Source of the DNA: Bdellovibrionales bacterium
Lineage (GTDB): Bacteria > Bdellovibrionota > Bdellovibrionia > Bdellovibrionales > UBA1609
Direction: 5' to 3'
Assembly: GCA_965200875.1 (NCBI GenBank)
Contig: OZ241456.1
Span: 576,001-640,000, forward strand
Length of the DNA stretch: 64,000 nucleotides
Both the position numbers and the translations under genes were made by a program. Below, one piece after another: positions 59,873-64,000 of the stretch; within the stretch, counting starts at the first letter, position 1, and the number at the start of each line of letters is the position of its first letter. The notes beneath the pieces are model-generated. The model was not told the DNA's origin. It worked only from the letters and a program-made list of their open reading frames with translations, and searched no databases.

Positions 59873-62419
59873 TTATAATAATATCTTAAGGCCAGCCCCA
59901 TAACTGAAATGATTGTTGTAACTAACAATAACAGAAAAGTTTTTACTGATCATATAATTTAAGCCAACAGACCACTCATGTTCCTGCTTCCATATTGTGT
60001 CTTTGGGAATAGAGTTTATAAGACCAAAATCCACTGTCCACTCCCATTCCGCAAAAAGTTCTGTTCGTGGAAAAATAAGCAGTTCGTATTCCAAAGCCAT
60101 CTGAAATCGAGCAGTATGATCCACATTTACATCCCATTCAAAAAAATAGGGCAGCAAATACCTGAATCCTGCTTTTCCAACGACTTTCATATCCTGTATA
60201 TTCTCTATATGCCCGTCTTTTATATTTTCTGTTTCCACTCCGGCATAAAACCTAAAAAAATCACTTGTAAAATATTCATAAGACATTTCCAATTCAATAT
60301 TTTTATGCAGATTGTAATATTCATCCACCCAAGAAAAAGTCCCTTCTAATATTATTTTGTTTTTTGTATTGGAAAAAACAGTCTCCAAATCAAAACGGTT
60401 ACTCATAATTTCCACTGATCCCCATTTGTACCAATGGTTATCCATATTTAAAGCCATGTCTATGGGATAATTTTTTAAACGGGAATCTCTTTTTTCGCCG
60501 TTTCTGAACACTCGGGACATACCGGATTTCATGTGATACAGAACATGGCAGTGGAAAAGCCAGTCACCTTGTTCATCAGGTGCAAACTCAATAGTGACTG
60601 TTTGCATGGGAGGTACATCCACTGTGTGTTTAAGAGGTGAATATTCTCCGTGTTTGTTTAACACTCTGAAGAAATGTCCGTGAAGGTGCATCGGGTGGTG
60701 CATCATTGTTGTATTGTGAAGATGAATGCGAACAGTCTCCCCTTTTTTTATTTTGATAATGTCTGCTTTGGAAAGAACTCTGTTGTTCATACTCCATACA
60801 TATCTCCACATGTTACCTGTTAAATTAAAGTGAAGATTTCTTAGAGTGTTTGTTTTTGGAAAAGAGGTTTTTTGCAAAGCCTTAAGATTATTGTAGTTGA
60901 ATGCAGTATGAGCTTTGTGTTGCTGTTTGTGAGCTTTATGTTGTTTGTGAGCTTTGTGATGTTTGTGCGATTTATGTTGTTTGTGAGCTTTGTGATGTTT
61001 GTGCGTATGCTGTTTCTGAGTTTCAAATTTTGTGTTTCGTGTCATGTGATCAGTATGTTTATGATTTTTATGTGCAGGGTGGTTTATATGTTTTTCTTTT
61101 TTTGAATCAGGATTTCTGTTTTGCATATTGTGTTGATGATGATGTCCGTTTTTGTGCATATTTGCCATTTTTGTCATTTCCTGAGCAGGATCTGTCTTGG
61201 GAAGTAAAGGTGCTTTAAGCAATTTGCCTTTCCCTATGATCGCAGAAACTGCTCCAGAGCCGTCTTGAGCCATAACACTAACTTCGATGGAGTGTTTTTT
61301 AGGCAAGGTGATAAGGAAATCATAAGTTTCCGCGATGGCCTGTAAAATTTTATTTACAGGGATAGATTTGACATTTATTCCATCCGCTGAAATCAGCAAA
61401 GGAGCTTTACCGCCAAAACCAAGCCAAAAATAAGTGGAAGCAGAGGCGTTGATTACCCTTACTCTTATTTTTTCACCAGCTTTAAAATCAGGATAGCTTT
61501 TTTCTGTTGCTCCATTTATTAGAAAAGCATCGTAATAAACATCGGATATATCCATACCCGGCATTTTTTGTCTCCACATTGTGAGTTGAGCACCGAGAAC
61601 ATTTCGCGCAATCACTTGACTTAGGCTTAAAGCAGAACCTTTTTTTATGGCATACCATTCACTTCCTCTTTTTAAAGTGCGCAAAACTTCGTTGGGATTT
61701 TCATTTGTCCAGTCTGAGAGAACCAAAACAAGATCATGGTTATACTGATATTGTTTCTTTTTTGGTTCAACCACGATAGCTCCATATATACCTCTTTGCT
61801 CCTGCAAATTGGTGTGAGAGTGGTACCAGTAAGTACCTGAGTGTTTTAATGTAAATTCAAATTTATGGGTTTTCCCTGGTAAAATAGGAGGTGTGGTAAG
61901 ATAAGAAACTCCATCTTGAAAGTTAGGCAGTAAAATGCCATGCCAGTGGATGGAAGTTTCCACATCCATCTTATTGGTGACATATACGATGGCTTTTTTT
62001 CCTTCTTTAAAAAATAAGGTGGGAGCAGGAAGTGAACCATTTACAAGCATGGCTTTTACGCTTTTGCCAGTCAGGTTTATTGTTTTGTAATCTATAGTTA
62101 ATTTATAAGTTATAGCATCTTTTGTGTGTATGGGTGAGACTGTATTTTTTGAATTTATTTGCTGATGAGTATCACGATGAGATTTGGAAACAGTCCCAAC
62201 AGCTGTTTGCACCCATGAAAAAGCCACTATAAAAGAGAGGAAACGAATCACCAGATTGGAAAAGATTAAACCTTTGATTTTTGGATTCCTAGAATTATAA
62301 CCTGTCAAACTTTCTGAACTCTCATTTTTGAATGAAGAGAGATAAATACTAGAAATTTTAAGCTTGAATACTCGCCCGTGAAAACGGGAATCTTGCTGGG
62401 TGTTAGGGAGATGTTTCAT
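59873..62419 (-). CDS. Multicopper oxidase (CopA-like) with His-rich insert and C-terminal CopB-like beta-barrel; real start probably near 62250
   Basis: HWHG, WYHSH, HPMHLHGH and HCHVLYHM copper motifs; C-terminal amphipathic strands; first ~17 annotated aa come from a MITE. Confidence 0.88.
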   Translation of the reverse strand: MKHLPNTQQDSRFHGRVFKLKISSIYLSSFKNESSESLTGYNSRNPKIKGLIFSNLVIRFLSFIVAFSWVQTAVGTVSKSHRDTHQQINSKNTVSPIHTKDAITYKLTIDYKTINLTGKSVKAMLVNGSLPAPTLFFKEGKKAIVYVTNKMDVETSIHWHGILLPNFQDGVSYLTTPPILPGKTHKFEFTLKHSGTYWYHSHTNLQEQRGIYGAIVVEPKKKQYQYNHDLVLVLSDWTNENPNEVLRTLKRGSEWYAIKKGSALSLSQVIARNVLGAQLTMWRQKMPGMDISDVYYDAFLINGATEKSYPDFKAGEKIRVRVINASASTYFWLGFGGKAPLLISADGINVKSIPVNKILQAIAETYDFLITLPKKHSIEVSVMAQDGSGAVSAIIGKGKLLKAPLLPKTDPAQEMTKMANMHKNGHHHQHNMQNRNPDSKKEKHINHPAHKNHKHTDHMTRNTKFETQKQHTHKHHKAHKQHKSHKHHKAHKQHKAHKQQHKAHTAFNYNNLKALQKTSFPKTNTLRNLHFNLTGNMWRYVWSMNNRVLSKADIIKIKKGETVRIHLHNTTMMHHPMHLHGHFFRVLNKHGEYSPLKHTVDVPPMQTVTIEFAPDEQGDWLFHCHVLYHMKSGMSRVFRNGEKRDSRLKNYPIDMALNMDNHWYKWGSVEIMSNRFDLETVFSNTKNKIILEGTFSWVDEYYNLHKNIELEMSYEYFTSDFFRFYAGVETENIKDGHIENIQDMKVVGKAGFRYLLPYFFEWDVNVDHTARFQMALEYELLIFPRTELFAEWEWTVDFGLINSIPKDTIWKQEHEWSVGLNYMISKNFSVIVSYNNHFSYGAGLKILL
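60900..61015 (-). repeat. Tandem coding repeats (HKHHKAHKQ-type)
   Basis: Repeated gagcttt(g/a)tg..gtttgt units. Confidence 0.8.
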
Positions 62420-62456
62420 CCTTTTTCCTTAAAAAAATACTTTTTCACTGGGGATT
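62369..62456 (-). mobile_element. MITE-like element, type 2 (copy F)
   Basis: Matches 52942-53032. Confidence 0.72.
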
Positions 62457-62539
62457 CATTAAATTTACCTGAGTGTCAAAAAAACTGTATCATTTAAGAG
62501 GTTCTTTTACAATATAAGATCATCTGATTTTTTACTAAA

Positions 62540-62685
62540 TACTGGCCCGTGAAAAAGTATGTTATTTTCCTTGATTCCCGCCAGCAAGGGACTAAATGCC
62601 AACAACTTGGTTTTTAGTTTCCTTGGGAAAGTACTTGAAAAAAGAGTGTGATAATTGAAATACTAAGGTTTTTTACGGGTGAGTA
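62540..62685 (+). mobile_element. MITE-like element, type 1 (copy D, diverged)
   Basis: tactggcccgtgaaaaagtatgttattttcc...ttttacgggtgagta. Confidence 0.8.
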
Positions 62686-62687
62686 CT

Positions 62688-62821
62688 TAGTCCAGTGTGA
62701 AAAAGCTGTTAACGAACTGTTATTGCTTGATTTTTTTATAAAAATCCTTAAAAATGATGATATAAAAGAGTGAAACGCTGGTGTTTTTTCTTTCCATATT
62801 CCGAGGTTTTCAGAGGAGTAT
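62688..62821 (+). mobile_element. Degenerate MITE-like element, type 4, in tandem after D
   Basis: Left end tagtccagtgtgaaaaag; interior aaagctgttaacg...ttgatttttttataaaa resembles ~46138-46180. Confidence 0.45.
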
Positions 62822-62842
62822 AAACTCAGAGGTTATAAAAAA

Positions 62843-63934
62843 ATGATGAAAAAAAGTGGAAGGGTTTTAGTGGCCATGAGCGGTGGTGTGGATAGCAGTG
62901 TGTCAGCCGTTCTTTTGCAGGATCAGGGTTACGATGTTGTGGGCATGACCATGCAGGTATGGGATTATTCCCGCTCAGAGTGTGATATGCAGGAGGGTTA
63001 CGGTTCTTGCTGTTCCAGTGTGGATGTGGAAGACGCACGCGCAGTTTGTCAAAAACTGAAAATACCTTTTTATATGTTGAATTGCACAGCGCATTTTAAA
63101 ACAAAGGTTATAGATAAGTTTGTGGATTCATATTTACAAGGAAAAACTCCCATTCCCTGTGTGGATTGCAACACTTATTTGAAGTTTGATCACTTAGCGA
63201 AAAAAATGGAAGAGTTGGAGTGTGATTATTTGGCCACTGGCCATTATGCTTGTGTGGAAAAAACCAAGGAAGGGAAATATTATATTTGTAAAAGTGCAGA
63301 TGATTGGAAAGATCAAACTTATTTTCTATTTACTATTTCCCCAGCTCTTATTCCTCGTCTTTTGTTTCCGGTCGGGGGTATGAACAAGCAAGAGGTTAGG
63401 AAAATTGCTGAAAAAAAAGGCTTGAATGTATTTCGCAAAAAAGATTCCACAGGAATTTGTTTTGTAGGTTCAGGGGGGTATGCAAGTTTTATTCAAAAAC
63501 ATCTCAGTGAAAGAAATAAAGTCAGCAAAGGGCCAATAAAACTTTATCCTTCCGGTGAAGTTTTGGGTTCGCACCAAGGGCTTTATAAATTCACTTATGG
63601 TCAAAGAAAAGGTTTAGGGGTTTCTTCCCAGTATCCCCTGTATGTGATTAAAGTGGATACGGAAAACAATACTTTATGGCTGGGTGAAGAGTCTTATCTC
63701 TATAGTGCCAAGGCGGAGCTGGCAGATTTGCATTGGTTGGATGAAGTTAGTGATGGGGAACGTTTGCGTGTAAAAATTCGTTTTCATCACGAAGCCTGCT
63801 GGACGCGTGTTTATAAAGAGGATTCAGGCAATATTTTATTGGAATTTGAGGAACTTCAAAAAGCGATTACTCCTGGCCAGGCGGCTGTTTTGTACAGAGG
63901 AAATCAGCTAATTGGAGGAGGCAGTATTGTGTAG
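62843..63934 (+). CDS. mnmA: tRNA 2-thiouridine(34) synthase
   Basis: AMSGGVDSS, TPIPCVDCN, ATGHY, KDQTYF, DSTGICF, TPGQ. Confidence 0.97.
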   Translation: MMKKSGRVLVAMSGGVDSSVSAVLLQDQGYDVVGMTMQVWDYSRSECDMQEGYGSCCSSVDVEDARAVCQKLKIPFYMLNCTAHFKTKVIDKFVDSYLQGKTPIPCVDCNTYLKFDHLAKKMEELECDYLATGHYACVEKTKEGKYYICKSADDWKDQTYFLFTISPALIPRLLFPVGGMNKQEVRKIAEKKGLNVFRKKDSTGICFVGSGGYASFIQKHLSERNKVSKGPIKLYPSGEVLGSHQGLYKFTYGQRKGLGVSSQYPLYVIKVDTENNTLWLGEESYLYSAKAELADLHWLDEVSDGERLRVKIRFHHEACWTRVYKEDSGNILLEFEELQKAITPGQAAVLYRGNQLIGGGSIV

Positions 63935-64000
63935 CGTAATAATGAAAAACTATCATTCAGTACGAACAAAAGACGACAGTGGAATGCCACAAAGTGAAGT

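Noticed and set aside
62260..62419. N-terminal extension of the multicopper oxidase (MKHLPNTQQDSRFHGR...)
   Set aside because: Encoded by a type-2 MITE and probable promoter DNA; a signal-like sequence starts further downstream.
63942..64000. Start of a further ORF after mnmA
   Set aside because: Only 19 codons are visible; product cannot be assigned.

Overview
AT-rich bacterial chromosomal window. Gene content and order point to Bdellovibrionota (inference): a complete Glt/Agl gliding operon, efp-TPR-tamB, and cca-GHMP kinase-SplB-like genes. The backbone is housekeeping genes: efp, ruvC/A/B, ald, 2-oxoacid dehydrogenase E1 alpha/beta, cca, gap, pgk, maf, lgt, hsp20, lpdA, frameshifted prfB, lolC/D, BCCT, ihfA, merR-like, mnmA. 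Accessory DNA forms two blocks. (1) About 4.7-19.7 kb holds three Rpn/YhgA-type PD-(D/E)XK genes, an IS1634 remnant, a pentapeptide remnant, an uncharacterised two-gene operon, and a PLD-SNF2 helicase joined head-to-head with a 5'-truncated type IIG methyltransferase. (2) About 53-62.8 kb holds a Sel1-like protein, a type III R-M system and a His-rich multicopper oxidase fused to a CopB-like barrel. The most striking structure is the Rpn pair. Two near-identical ~1.13 kb modules form an inverted repeat around ruvB-ald. In both, the predicted intragenic antitoxin segment is bracketed by a 43-49 bp direct repeat and is the only part of the protein that differs, suggesting an exchangeable antitoxin cassette. 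Many TA-flanked MITE-like elements with shared ends but different interiors occupy intergenic regions. No rRNA, tRNA or CRISPR array was seen.
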